Positions 21,681 through 32,600 of a stretch of 44,326 nucleotides of DNA are shown piece after piece; positions within the stretch are counted from its first letter, which is position 1; the number at the start of each line of letters is the position of its first letter. The stretch comes from a virus. Lineage: Duplodnaviria > Caudoviricetes. The notes beneath the pieces were generated by a model. That model ran no database searches. It was not told the origin of the DNA and worked only from the letters and a program-made list of their open reading frames with translations. The DNA lies in IMG/VR virus record IMGVR_UViG_3300020045_003211, positions 1-44,326 of that record. One strand, written 5' to 3'. The translations under genes and the position numbers were made by a program.

Positions 21681-22339
21681 TAGTCTAATTTCTTAAATTT
21701 AAAAATATACCCACCTGCAGTTTTTCTTCTTCCATTTGCATTATTAGATATAGAAGTTTTATTTATTCCAGTTTCTTTAACTGCTTGTCCTTGAAATTCA
21801 TATTCGGCTATTAATTCATTATCTAAATTATACATACATATAGGTTTACTTGACCAAAGGGGCTTACCTCTTCTTCCCCTTGCCACAGCTTCTCTATGTT
21901 CTTTAGTTTGTTTAACCCCAATCTTACCTTTTATAAGATTTTCTATTTCTTGAGGGCTGCGTTTTCTACCTTTTAATTTTTTACTTAAATGCTCTCTTTG
22001 TTCCTGTGTAACAATTCTACCTAAACTACCAGCAGTAGTTATCCTGTTGACATTAAAATGAGGATTAAGATTAACTATAAGGTATAATTCTCTTTCTAGT
22101 AATCTCATACGATTTTCTCTAATTGGTAGAGTACTCTCAAATACAACAGTTTCTAACTCAATAAATTCAAAGTTCTCCTCCCCATATTTATTCCAAGAAC
22201 TTTGAAGAAGGGGATTATAATGTTTATTGTGCCTGAGTTTTGCTAAATGAGCATTCTTCCTTCTTCTTAGTTCTCCAGTAGTACTCCCAATATAGAACTT
22301 CTCATTAACCAAATTTATAATTTTGTATATACAAGCCAC
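21680..22339 (-). CDS. Free-standing GIY-YIG homing endonuclease with NUMOD3/NUMOD1-like DNA-binding repeats
   Basis: CIYKIINLVNEKFYIGST, HYNPLLQSSWNKYGEENFEF, EQREHLSKKLKGRKRS, KPICMYNLD...TAGGYIFKF. GTG at 22339 preferred over the track start at 22393, which falls inside the promoter. Confidence 0.9.
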   Translation of the reverse strand: MACIYKIINLVNEKFYIGSTTGELRRRKNAHLAKLRHNKHYNPLLQSSWNKYGEENFEFIELETVVFESTLPIRENRMRLLERELYLIVNLNPHFNVNRITTAGSLGRIVTQEQREHLSKKLKGRKRSPQEIENLIKGKIGVKQTKEHREAVARGRRGKPLWSSKPICMYNLDNELIAEYEFQGQAVKETGINKTSISNNANGRRKTAGGYIFKFKKLD

Positions 22340-22362
22340 TTTTAAATCAATTATATATTTAA

Positions 22363-22394
22363 CAAATTTAATGTAAACTATTTTAAGTTGCAAG
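22363..22394 (-). promoter_or_regulatory. Bacteroidota-type (-33/-7) promoter
   Basis: Minus strand reads CTTG-N20-TAAATTTG, about 23 nt upstream of the GTG at 22339; the consensus is TTTG-N19-21-TAnnTTTG. Confidence 0.7.
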
Positions 22395-22400
22395 AGGAAC

Positions 22401-22438
22401 TAACTAATTAGGTTAATGTATTCTAACTAAATTAGTTA
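22401..22438. promoter_or_regulatory. Tandem palindromic operator-like sites (TAAC-N7-GTTA x2, 8-bp spacer)
   Basis: TAACTAATTAGGTTA (22401-22415) and TAACTAAATTAGTTA (22424-22438), 6 bp upstream of the -33 box. Confidence 0.65.
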
Positions 22439-25096
22439 TTTAAATGCTTTCACAATTGCACCATTTCTTTTCTCTTTTGCACTAGTTATTTTAGTGGTAG
22501 ATTTTCTTATATCTATTGGTTGACCATCTTTATTGTAAATATATTCATACCCAATAGGGAGAAGTTCTTTATTCCCTCTACCACCAGAACCAGAAGTATT
22601 AAATTCAGCAGGAGCATTCATATTAATAGCCCTGCCTTTATCGTCATATCTATAATTGTACAGATTTTCATAGGTTTTAAGAGTTCTGTTTTCTAATTGA
22701 TTCTGAAGATATTTATTGGAAATGCTTTCTATGGCTTTCTGCCCAATTGCTTTTGTATTAGATTTTGCTTGTGCTTGTCTTTCTTGTTGTTTATCAAGGA
22801 TTCCTAAATTCTGCAATTTAGTTTGTGTAACTAAATCTCTGTTCTTATTATATACACCTTGTTGTTGTGCCTGATTTTGTCTAAATTCTTCTCCTTTTAC
22901 TTTTTGGTTTGCTCCATATTTTTGTGCATTTAATACTGCTAAAGCAGCAGGATTATTTGCTAACATTTTTTGTGTACTTCTGAAATCTGCTTGATTTTCA
23001 TTTAATACATCTTGATAAGAAATATTATAAGGAGTGGCTAAATCTGGTTGTATTGTTTGTGCATATACAGGTTCTAATTGATTATTAGACATAGAATACA
23101 TTTCTCCTGCCAATTGTCTTGGATCAAGAGACTCTACATCAGAAGGTCTTAAATAAGGCACTACAGAGTTAATTGCTTTCATCCAAGGAAACTTATTATT
23201 TTCTTTTGGTTGTCCTGTAGGTTCATCTTTAGTTATTATTTCCTGATTTAGCATATCTAGAAATGGGTCTTCTATATAAGGCATCTGTGGTGTGTATCTA
23301 ACTATTTCAGAAGTATAAGGAGCAGATATTTTTTTTGTATTAATGTCTTCAAATGGTTTTCCTGTGGGAATATTCCTAGGAGAAATAGTACTCTCAGATT
23401 GGAATACCCCTCTGGGTTTAATAGGTGTAATTGGGTTTAGATTATACTGATTAATTTGCCATTCTTCATATTCAGAAAGATAAGGTTCTGTAACACCTGT
23501 TTGTGCTATTTTTAAACCATTCTTAGCTTTCTTAATTTTACCTTTAGCTAAATCATCAGCAACTATCCCATGTTCTTCTGCTGTCTCATTAATAGCATTC
23601 TGTAGAGAAGCAGCGTCTTGTTTCTTTTCTGCAATTTCTTTTAGTTTCATATCTGCTCCTGTCATCATTGCTTTTAATGATGTTAGTTTAAGTTTATCAA
23701 AAGAGGTTACAGGTTCTGTTTCGTCTAATTCCTTTAGAGATTTATCCATTATCTTGTTTTGCTTACTTTCTATTTTAGATAAATCAGCAATATAATTTTT
23801 AAACTTCTTTCCATTAGCATTCTTATCCTGTAACATATTTTTAGGAATTTGTAAATTACCATACACCACTAAACTTTCCTGCTCCCCACCATTATTCATT
23901 TTAACAGCAGGTTCCCCACCTTCAACTTCTACAGGAGAATTACCATAAGTAATAGGCATACCACCATCTTCATGAGAGGGGCCTTTAAACATTACTGTCT
24001 CACTCCCTAGATAAGGATTATAAGACATTTCTTCTGCTTCTCCGTCATATACTTTTAAATCTCCACCAAAAGCATACTCATCTAATTCAGAAAGATTATT
24101 CTGTCTAATATTTCCACCTGTTCTCATATAAGAAGAATATTGTTGTTGTACTCCACTAAAATTATTTTGCATTCCTATTCTACTCATGTTGTCTTCAATA
24201 TGGTCATTAGCATTTCTTATCTTTTTCTGATTTGGATCAAGCAAGCCCCCAATAGTTCCCAATACAGGCTCTGCAACAGCAGAAATAATAGGCCCAACTC
24301 CCGGAATCATTTTAACAGCTCCCCCAACAGTTTTACCTAATTTATATCCTTCATTGTCTTGAAAAGCCATATCAGTGCCTTTAGTGAGAACATCTGCTCC
24401 ACCAGCATTTAATATTTGTTCAAGGCCACCTTGAGCTTTTTTAATCTTACCTCCTGTATAATATTGTTTATTACTTTCATTTAATGGTTCATATCCTAAA
24501 TCAGAATATAAATTATTAGGTGTATAAGTATTTTGAATTTCTCCCCCTTCTCTTAATACATTTGTACCAACACCATAAATAGGAAAGAACTCTTCCCCTG
24601 TATTAACAACATCTTCTGGTCGAACATATTTTCTTTCTTGTTCTTCTGGTTTTAAACTAGCTGCTTGTGCAACAACATCACTTACATTAGCCCATTGTTC
24701 AGCTTTTTTTCTTTTCTTCCCTTCTTCAATAATATTCATAATACCTTTACCAATTTCCATTCCGGGATTAAATCCCCCAAATGTCTTTAAATCAAAAGGA
24801 TTTTTTTTCTTTCCCCCAGAGCCACCACCTAAATTTGGCATAGTATTATTCCAATTTGGAACATTACTATCTTGTGCAGGAATTGTGGAGAAAGTTGTAT
24901 TATCTAATTTCCCAAAAGCAGAATTAGTAAACTCAGGATTATTTGCCATCATTTCTGTAGCAACAGATAAACCCCCTTTGGCTTTTTGGATTTGAGTCCC
25001 ATATTTAGCAAGAAACTCTTCATGAGTTTTGAATTTAGCATATAGCTCTTTTTCATTTTTAACCCCAGCTAATTTGAGAATATCTTTCTGATTCAT
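22436..25096 (-). CDS. Virion cargo protein (crAss cargo protein 1-like) with repeated xxGG motifs
   Basis: GPSHEDGGMPI...VEVEGGE motif, Gly-rich amphipathic segments, Q/N-rich C-terminal helices. Start MNQKD at 25096 avoids overlap with the upstream gene (track start 25141). Confidence 0.7.
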   Translation of the reverse strand: MNQKDILKLAGVKNEKELYAKFKTHEEFLAKYGTQIQKAKGGLSVATEMMANNPEFTNSAFGKLDNTTFSTIPAQDSNVPNWNNTMPNLGGGSGGKKKNPFDLKTFGGFNPGMEIGKGIMNIIEEGKKRKKAEQWANVSDVVAQAASLKPEEQERKYVRPEDVVNTGEEFFPIYGVGTNVLREGGEIQNTYTPNNLYSDLGYEPLNESNKQYYTGGKIKKAQGGLEQILNAGGADVLTKGTDMAFQDNEGYKLGKTVGGAVKMIPGVGPIISAVAEPVLGTIGGLLDPNQKKIRNANDHIEDNMSRIGMQNNFSGVQQQYSSYMRTGGNIRQNNLSELDEYAFGGDLKVYDGEAEEMSYNPYLGSETVMFKGPSHEDGGMPITYGNSPVEVEGGEPAVKMNNGGEQESLVVYGNLQIPKNMLQDKNANGKKFKNYIADLSKIESKQNKIMDKSLKELDETEPVTSFDKLKLTSLKAMMTGADMKLKEIAEKKQDAASLQNAINETAEEHGIVADDLAKGKIKKAKNGLKIAQTGVTEPYLSEYEEWQINQYNLNPITPIKPRGVFQSESTISPRNIPTGKPFEDINTKKISAPYTSEIVRYTPQMPYIEDPFLDMLNQEIITKDEPTGQPKENNKFPWMKAINSVVPYLRPSDVESLDPRQLAGEMYSMSNNQLEPVYAQTIQPDLATPYNISYQDVLNENQADFRSTQKMLANNPAALAVLNAQKYGANQKVKGEEFRQNQAQQQGVYNKNRDLVTQTKLQNLGILDKQQERQAQAKSNTKAIGQKAIESISNKYLQNQLENRTLKTYENLYNYRYDDKGRAINMNAPAEFNTSGSGGRGNKELLPIGYEYIYNKDGQPIDIRKSTTKITSAKEKRNGAIVKAFK

Positions 25097-25103
25097 GGTA
25101 TTA

Positions 25104-26816
25104 TTATTTGTATTGTTTAAGCCATTTTTTATCTTGTCCAAACTGATTAAAGTTTGTGAGTTGATCTAATTTCTTTAACTCCCCACCATTTTCTTTTTGA
25201 TTAATCTTTATATTCACTGGAGAACCGTGTTGTTCATCACTTCCGAAATATGTTCCTAAATTTCTTGCTTGATTATAGGGATCTTTAATTCCAATTTCTT
25301 TAGCAGATTTTAAATGGTTTCCAAAAGATTTATTTTTAATTTTATCATCAAAGTTATATTTATCAATAATAGTGGTGTCTCCCTTATTGATATCTATTCT
25401 TGCTCTTCCTAATGTATATTTCATATTTGTGGGAATATCTTTAATTGCTCGTAAAGATTGTTCCCATCCCTCAGTATCTTTACTTCCTGTCTTATTATAA
25501 TCTCCATAAGAAATTGTATTTTTTCCTTCTTTCAAATTACTTCTTGTAATACCACGAAGATAATTTAATTCTTCATCTGTTAAACTATTTTCTGTAATAG
25601 GAGATTGCCCACCACTCACATCATATCCTAATTGATTAATTGCCATTGGAACACCAATAGTTTTATGTAAGAAATCTCTTACTTTTCCAGAAGTAGAAAT
25701 TTCTCCACCATTTTCAAATTGTCCATTTTTAGAACCATTATCAAACATAGGACTATAATATCCATCCCCTATAAATCTTTGGGGAAGAGAGACAGAAGAA
25801 TCATTATAATTTAATTCCCCACCATTCTTATAATCTACCATTGCTGCTGTAGGTATTGCACCCAAAGCATATTTATTCATCAAAGATAATAATCCCTTTT
25901 TATCCTTCAAAGAAGATAGAAGTTGTGTCATATTATTATCTAATCCTGTTTCAGAGGTATAATTTTGTATAGCATCATCTAATTGTGTTTCTGTAATCTT
26001 AAAGTCTTTATCAAGTCTAATATTATTCTTTTGTGCAATATAATCTTTTAACTGTCCTGCCCTTTCTCTAATCTCATTTCCTTGTGCCTTAGAAAGCATT
26101 TTGCCTTGTTCCTTATCTAATTGGAAACCTTTTGTTGGATTAGGGGTTACACTTTCATATATAGGTTTTCCTTTTAAATATTTCTGAGACTTATTTGATA
26201 ATTTACTAAAATCAAAGAGACTATTCCACTCATCTGCTTCTATAGGGGCATTTTGATAATAATGCCCAACCTCATGTGCAGCTACTCTAGCCTTATTTGT
26301 ATCCGATAGCCTTGATAACTTACTAATCTCTGTATAAGTTCCTGTATTTCTTCCTAGCTTTTGTGGGTCATAAAAACTAGCAGGATTGTGTCTTTTTGAT
26401 GCTGTTTCTAAATATCCTTTTAAACTTGGTGACTGGTCTACCCACTTACTTTCTTGTGCTAGCATTCTTCTGGCTTTATTTCCTACAGACATAAGTTGTC
26501 CTGCATTACTAACATTTCCAAATACCATTGGAGCAACATCTGAACTTCCAGAGATATAATCTAATATTGGCCCAACTGTTAAATCTGTTAGTGGTACATC
26601 TTTCATTAGTTGAGGTTTATTCTCTCTCCAAGCACCTGCAATATTTTTAACAAATTGCTCTAAAGAAGACTTAGAGTTAGTTATGCTGGGTTCATTTAAA
26701 CTTTCATCCAACCATTTTAATTGCTGATTTGGTTTACGCTTTGCATTCTCAAGCCGTAATTGTTCTTGTGGAGAAACCTCCCCACCATCTTTGTAATATG
26801 AAAGCCATCCTGCCAT
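25104..26816 (-). CDS. Modular virion protein, 570 aa, with a zincin-like HExxH domain between xxGG linkers
   Basis: AAHEVGHYYQ (HEVGH at 26262-26276); linkers YKDGG, YKNGG, FENGG, KENGG; similar W-L-x-x-Y motifs at both ends (GWLSYY and KWLKQY). Confidence 0.7.
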   Translation of the reverse strand: MAGWLSYYKDGGEVSPQEQLRLENAKRKPNQQLKWLDESLNEPSITNSKSSLEQFVKNIAGAWRENKPQLMKDVPLTDLTVGPILDYISGSSDVAPMVFGNVSNAGQLMSVGNKARRMLAQESKWVDQSPSLKGYLETASKRHNPASFYDPQKLGRNTGTYTEISKLSRLSDTNKARVAAHEVGHYYQNAPIEADEWNSLFDFSKLSNKSQKYLKGKPIYESVTPNPTKGFQLDKEQGKMLSKAQGNEIRERAGQLKDYIAQKNNIRLDKDFKITETQLDDAIQNYTSETGLDNNMTQLLSSLKDKKGLLSLMNKYALGAIPTAAMVDYKNGGELNYNDSSVSLPQRFIGDGYYSPMFDNGSKNGQFENGGEISTSGKVRDFLHKTIGVPMAINQLGYDVSGGQSPITENSLTDEELNYLRGITRSNLKEGKNTISYGDYNKTGSKDTEGWEQSLRAIKDIPTNMKYTLGRARIDINKGDTTIIDKYNFDDKIKNKSFGNHLKSAKEIGIKDPYNQARNLGTYFGSDEQHGSPVNIKINQKENGGELKKLDQLTNFNQFGQDKKWLKQYK

Positions 26817-27682
26817 TACTTATAACTTAACTGTGTGGACTCCAAGATAAATTGACTGACTAGGTGATGTGTACTATTTTCATAGATAAATCTCACTCTA
26901 CTGTCTTTTGCTCTTAATAAACTCTTATTAAAACTTCTTCTGGTATAATCCATATTTGCCTGATTAACAACCTTATCAACCGAAAGTGTGTTGCAATCAG
27001 TGGAAAATAATTGCACACTTTTGTCCTTTACTACATCTGTAAAGTTATTTATCTGGTAAAAATTATCACTCTTTGTAAATAATATTACTTTGGAAGATTC
27101 TCTGTATATAGGATATGAGTTATATAGTTTTAAATTGTGTTTTGGTTTAGGGACAAGTTCTAATACACCTGTACTTTGCTGGTTATTATAAATAATCGCT
27201 TTGGTAAAATAAACATCATTTACTTCAATTTTATCGTTGTAATTAAATACTCCTGTTGAATCTGGAAGGTATTTATATACTTTATCATAACTTTTTATAC
27301 TTTGTAGTATTTGATCTTGTGGGGCATATGAAAATGGAAATTCTATCACATATGGAAAAATGCCTCCATAATATTTATTGAATGATTCTGGAGTTGCTAG
27401 ATGTCTCCATAACGATGAAACATCATTCTCTGTAAAATTACTATTAGCTATTTCTATAGGAATAATAGCTCTATTAATATTAATAGTTTTACTTCCTGTA
27501 CAAAGTCCTGTACTACTAATAGTAAGATTGGTTACATTGTCTTCTACAACATAACTAATACCATTAATAAGAGAATCTTTTGGCACACCTATTGCAATGA
27601 TGTTTCCAAAATCATCTGTTATTGTAAAAGGCCCTATTCTTCTGCCACCAAGAGTTAATTTTATTATTATTGTTTTAGACAT
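26816..27682 (-). CDS. Tail protein, 288 aa; probable detached C-terminal part of the tail stabilization (muzzle) protein with an added N-terminal beta domain
   Basis: LWRHL...FNKYYG..FPYVIEF...FTKAIIYNNQQSTG.LEL...LRAKDSRVRFI resembles, from recall, the C-terminal region of crAss-like stabilization proteins. Confidence 0.65.
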   Translation of the reverse strand: MSKTIIIKLTLGGRRIGPFTITDDFGNIIAIGVPKDSLINGISYVVEDNVTNLTISSTGLCTGSKTININRAIIPIEIANSNFTENDVSSLWRHLATPESFNKYYGGIFPYVIEFPFSYAPQDQILQSIKSYDKVYKYLPDSTGVFNYNDKIEVNDVYFTKAIIYNNQQSTGVLELVPKPKHNLKLYNSYPIYRESSKVILFTKSDNFYQINNFTDVVKDKSVQLFSTDCNTLSVDKVVNQANMDYTRRSFNKSLLRAKDSRVRFIYENSTHHLVSQFILESTQLSYK

Positions 27683-28920
27683 TATAATGCTGGATTTATT
27701 ATATCAATTATAATTCCATTAACAAGATATACTATTAATATATCCCCCGGATTAGTTAAATGCCAACCTGTATTTGTAACTTTTTGACAAGAGTTTAAAA
27801 TACTATATCCTTGTTTACCAATAGTTAAACTCTCATATCTAATTCCTACTCCTGCCATAAATTTTTGTGCTTGAGAAAAACCAACACAAGAAGCATTCAT
27901 AAAATCAGTATATGCTTGAAGAGCTTCTGCATAGGTATTTGCAAAATAATACTGCCCACAAGAGGAATCAATATAGTAATTAAAATATATTGGATCATAT
28001 ACTGGTGGACAAGTTGTGGTTGTAGTTGTAGTTACTGGCAATGTAGTTGTAGTAGTGGTGGTTTCACAAGCTTGTGTAATTACTGAGGGCAATGGCGACT
28101 GCCCAATAGCTATTTCTGGGAACAATATACCAAAATCACCAATATGCCACTCATTTACTAAATTAGGTGTAGCAACATCTTCCTCAGAGAAATAAAGATA
28201 CTCAGAGGTATTATTATTTCTAATTACCCAACACGTAAAATCAGTTTGAACATACCAAAAAATATAGTAATTTGCATGTATATAAGAATCTTTTCCATTT
28301 GTTATTCCAACATTACAATATCCCCCATTAGCAGTAATTTCTCCAGAATCACATACCCAAACTTCAGGAGAGCATAAACTTAATTGTACACATATATTAT
28401 AATCTAATCCCTCTTCAAAAGGATTATCAATTAATTCAGACATACCATCTACTATATTATATGATATTGCATTTATTTGAATACTATTAATTATAATTTC
28501 TGGATTATCTGTATAAACATATAAATATCCTTCTGAATAAAGAATATCTGTAATTTCTGAATCATATACTATTGGTAGGGGAACTAAACTTCCCATAACA
28601 TCTTTTATATATCCATAATCAGGACCATCTAACCCAGCAGTTAATACTCCACTATAATCACAAACGTAACCTGTAGTAGTTGTAGTTGTTGTAACTGGAA
28701 TTTCTGTTGTTGTACTCGTTGTTGTTGTAATTTGTATATTATCAAAAAATGCTTCACATCCAATCCCATCTGTTACTGTCAAAGAATATTCTCCTGTAGG
28801 TATATCATCAAATGAGTATATTCCTATAGAGGAATGTATTTGATTAGGTGCTTCATTGGGTTCAATGTGAGCAGTAAAATTTGGATAGCCAGAATTTATT
28901 TGATAAATTAATTGTGCCAT
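27682..28920 (-). CDS. Thr-rich, Cys-rich modular surface/fibre protein, 412 aa
   Basis: SprB/Ig-like GEYSLTVTDGIGC near the N-terminus; two poly-Thr linkers separating beta-rich domains. Confidence 0.7.
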   Translation of the reverse strand: MAQLIYQINSGYPNFTAHIEPNEAPNQIHSSIGIYSFDDIPTGEYSLTVTDGIGCEAFFDNIQITTTTSTTTEIPVTTTTTTTGYVCDYSGVLTAGLDGPDYGYIKDVMGSLVPLPIVYDSEITDILYSEGYLYVYTDNPEIIINSIQINAISYNIVDGMSELIDNPFEEGLDYNICVQLSLCSPEVWVCDSGEITANGGYCNVGITNGKDSYIHANYYIFWYVQTDFTCWVIRNNNTSEYLYFSEEDVATPNLVNEWHIGDFGILFPEIAIGQSPLPSVITQACETTTTTTTLPVTTTTTTTCPPVYDPIYFNYYIDSSCGQYYFANTYAEALQAYTDFMNASCVGFSQAQKFMAGVGIRYESLTIGKQGYSILNSCQKVTNTGWHLTNPGDILIVYLVNGIIIDIINPAL

Positions 28921-29144
28921 TATTGTTGTGTTTCCTTTTTAATATTACTAAACCATTCTGGAATAGTGAGTCCTGCAAGACCAAATATAAGTCCAACATT
29001 ACCCCAAAGCCATATTTCATTTACATTTTCCATTGTCATTGCTCTGGAATACATAAATAAAAGCCAATAAAAAGCCAGTCTCTTGGAGGAAATTGCTCCT
29101 CTTTTATCTTCTATAGCTGTTGCTAACCATCTAAAAAATTTCAT
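28920..29144 (-). CDS. Putative holin, 74 aa
   Basis: Two hydrophobic segments after ISSKR, charged C-terminus, adjacent to the endolysin. Confidence 0.7.
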   Translation of the reverse strand: MKFFRWLATAIEDKRGAISSKRLAFYWLLFMYSRAMTMENVNEIWLWGNVGLIFGLAGLTIPEWFSNIKKETQQ

Positions 29145-29149
29145 ATTAT

Positions 29150-29620
29150 TTATTTTAAAGTGCGAACTACCCAGCCAAAAAAGAATTTCTTATTATCTGG
29201 ACGTTTACTACAAATTTCTATATATCTTTCAATCTTTGCTAGTTTAAACAAAGGTATAAATTTTTCCTCATTAAAACTATTAATCATAGCAATTGTATTT
29301 GGGCCTATTTTTCCATCTACCCCTGCTCCTACAATTTCTTGTGCTAATTTTATACTTGTTGCATTTCCAGCATTTACACCAAAATCAAAAATTGATTCTG
29401 CTATTTTTTGACTATATATTTTATCCCCTTGTATAACATCCCAATAATCTCTTTTGTATAATTCCTTTGCTCTTTCTATAGATAGATTTTTAATATCCTC
29501 ATTTGGGTATGCTTTTTTGGAAATACCTAAATTTGTTTCACTCCCAAGATCCTGTGGGTCAGATACATAACCACCTTCATGTGCTAACACTCCTGTTATT
29601 GCTAAATCAAAATTTGCCAT
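29150..29620 (-). CDS. Endolysin, glycosyl hydrolase family 108 with C-terminal peptidoglycan-binding domain
   Basis: HEGGYVSDPQDLGSETNLGIS, YKRDYWD, IFDFGVNAG, VDGKIGPNT, KFFFGWVVR. Confidence 0.92.
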   Translation of the reverse strand: MANFDLAITGVLAHEGGYVSDPQDLGSETNLGISKKAYPNEDIKNLSIERAKELYKRDYWDVIQGDKIYSQKIAESIFDFGVNAGNATSIKLAQEIVGAGVDGKIGPNTIAMINSFNEEKFIPLFKLAKIERYIEICSKRPDNKKFFFGWVVRTLK

Positions 29621-29633
29621 ATTAATTTGGTGT

Positions 29634-32600
29634 TTATGTTATTACTTCTACATCTAATGTACATGCTGTTCCTCCTATTAATTCAAATGGATTTTCTCCA
29701 TCAAAAGCATCATTAAGTCCTGAATAGAAGAAATTATTCTCTGCTATATAAAAGTTTGGTAAATATGAATGAAATGAAATCCATGATTTTGTATTCATAT
29801 TATAACTTACTGTCCAACTCTTATTACAGAAATATGTTGTATCTGTTAATTCTACTTGTTCTTTTAAAATTACAGGTGCACTATTAATCACAGTTCTTGG
29901 TAATTCATCAGAAGGATTAATAGTCTCAATTGCAATACCATTTAAGTTACAAGTATTAACATTAAAAGTTTTCTCTATATAGAAGGTTCTTGTGTTATTA
30001 TCATATTTTACATTCTTGTCTTCAAATGGAATATAATCAAGTTTTGTAATAATTATCCTATCATATTTACTATCATATACAGCATGTAGTCCAACACCTG
30101 TAAAATTATTATCATTTATTACATCTGGAAAGAATCTTAATATCTCAAATGCCAAGTGATCTGTAAAGAACCTATTCATTCCACTACCAAATCCTGATAG
30201 GTCTGTTATTTGTGTTCCCTGTATAAGGAATATTTGACCTCTTTTAGCATCAATAGTTATTTGTCCTTGAGGAATCTTTAAAAGCATTTTATGTTGGCAT
30301 CCTACAAAGCCTAAATCTGTTTCTGCAAAGTCAATTGGTGGTGCTCCTTCAAATAACTTAGGATTGCCCAAATAAGCCATTTGAGGATTACTTGTATCCA
30401 TTGTGAGTAAGTTATTATACAAAAGAGTTTTGTTCTCAAAACGAGCTAAAATGGCCTTATTTTGAATTCCATCTAATGATGTTAGCTTCCCATAATTCTG
30501 TGGAAAATCAAAATAAGAAAGTGCTTTATATACTCTCCAATTGTTTACATTATTATCTGCTCCTGAATATTGTGGGTCAGAATATATTGCCCTAAAAGGA
30601 TAGGTTGTATAACATGTTTTATTCCAATCAAAAGGAAGATGTGTAAATGTATTTTCCTTATTCTGTTTGGAAAAACTTGTATTATAGTAATATGTATTAT
30701 CCTGTGCAATAGGCACAAATGACTCCTGTACCCAATCATCAGGAATACCTGTAGTTACATGAGGCCAAAATTCTCCTTCTTTATTATTAAATGCTTGTCT
30801 CAAGTTTACATTGTAAGAACTCTCACAATAGAAACTTGGAACACCATAAGCAAATAAATAAAAATATCCATCATAGAATGTTAATTGATCTCCTATAGGA
30901 TTTGAATCTGGGACTGCTGTTGTACTTGTAGTGGTAGTAGATGAGTACCCTTCTTCTATAACACTATCATTAGGACAATCAAAATTATGTGCTTTGTATG
31001 AAATAATATTTGATAATGTCCCAACTCCTCCCACTGTATAATCCTGTAAAATACTTCTTGCAGAATGCCAATATTTAGGATAAGCGATGTTACCAATCTC
31101 ATCATAGAAAATATCACTATCATCTGGAGAGTTGACTCTATTATCAATAAAGAAAGGCACTTTAGTTTTAAAGGCAAATCTGTTAATAAATGTATCCCCA
31201 CCAAATACTGTGTGACTTGTAGGAGAACCTAGTGTTTGCTGGAATCCTGTATCAATAGTGTCATATGAGTATATTTGCCCCCATTGACTTTTCACTTCAT
31301 TTTTTAAAGAAGCATAATAAGAAACAACAGTAATATCTTCTTCTTTAGAGGGGACACTACAATTACCTATTTCAGAAATAGTAAATCTACTATCTTCTTT
31401 AAAATTATTAGTTAATAATTCATCTGGATATAAAATCTCATCCTTCGATTTTAAATATACAGAGGTTTCTCTTTGGTAGTTATTTATCTTATCTCCATTA
31501 ATAGATTGTACTCCGGGAATTAAATATCTTGCAACATCTAATTCTCTTTGTTTGTTACCTTCGTTAAGTACTTTTGCACCATACGTATAGTCAGCAATAG
31601 AATTAAAAGAGTAAGCATAATTTTTCTTTGTTATTCCATTTAAATATATCTGTAGGTAAGCCTGATATGCTGTAAACATTGCTGTTGCATCAAATGGATC
31701 ATCTGACATTGCTTCTGCACTTTGTAAAGCTTTAATTTGTGCTTCTGCTGTTAATAGTTTATATTTAGCATTATTCTTTACTTCTGTAAAATGTGCTTTT
31801 CCTCCTCCGTATATAACACTTTCTAATTTTAGGATATTTCCAAGAAAAGGTTGACCAAAAGATGTTTCTGGAGAATTAAATATTTGTCTGATTTTTCCAT
31901 CATTATTGTCCCTTATTGGGGTTAATGACTGAATATTGCTACAATCATTAGTTGAATAATGTGTACTTCTTAATGTTGAATTTAATGTTACACCATTTGT
32001 ACTTATTTTCTTTGGGCCACCTGTACCAATTACAACATGAATTTCCGCACTGGAAGAGCAGACATCTAAAGTACTACAAAGAGTTATCTCTTTATATCCT
32101 TCTACAGGGTCTTCCCACCCTACTGTACATCCACTAATAACAGATGTAATCCATACAAACCACACCTCATAATTAGCAAGTCCACTTGTCCCTGCTGAAG
32201 GAGATAAAATTACAGGATGTGTTGTAGAACATATCTCAAAATTTCCTAATGAGTAGAATTTTTTTACCTGAGATTTATTTGTATTACAATCTGTGTATTG
32301 TACTTTAGCATAATCAGCCCCTCCTTGAGGGTCTTGTTGTAATTGTGTTAGTGTTATCTCATAACTATCACAAAGTTGCTCAAATGCATTATTTGAGGCA
32401 TTTAAGAATGGGTCTTCCCCCAAGTCGTTGTAAGGATAGTTTGGATAGAAATATTTGTCTTCATTATCCCCTTTTGTATACTCTCCTACATTTCTTAAAA
32501 TACCTTTTGCTACAATAGATTTATTTGTCCCTCTATCTCCTCTTACAATTTTATACCCCACTATATCATCTTTTTGCTCCTGTGTGAGGGAGGATGTATT

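Noticed and set aside
30545-31204. Short minus-strand ORFs nested in the muzzle gene
   Set aside because: Alternative-frame ORFs inside a long gene, with no motifs or initiation context.
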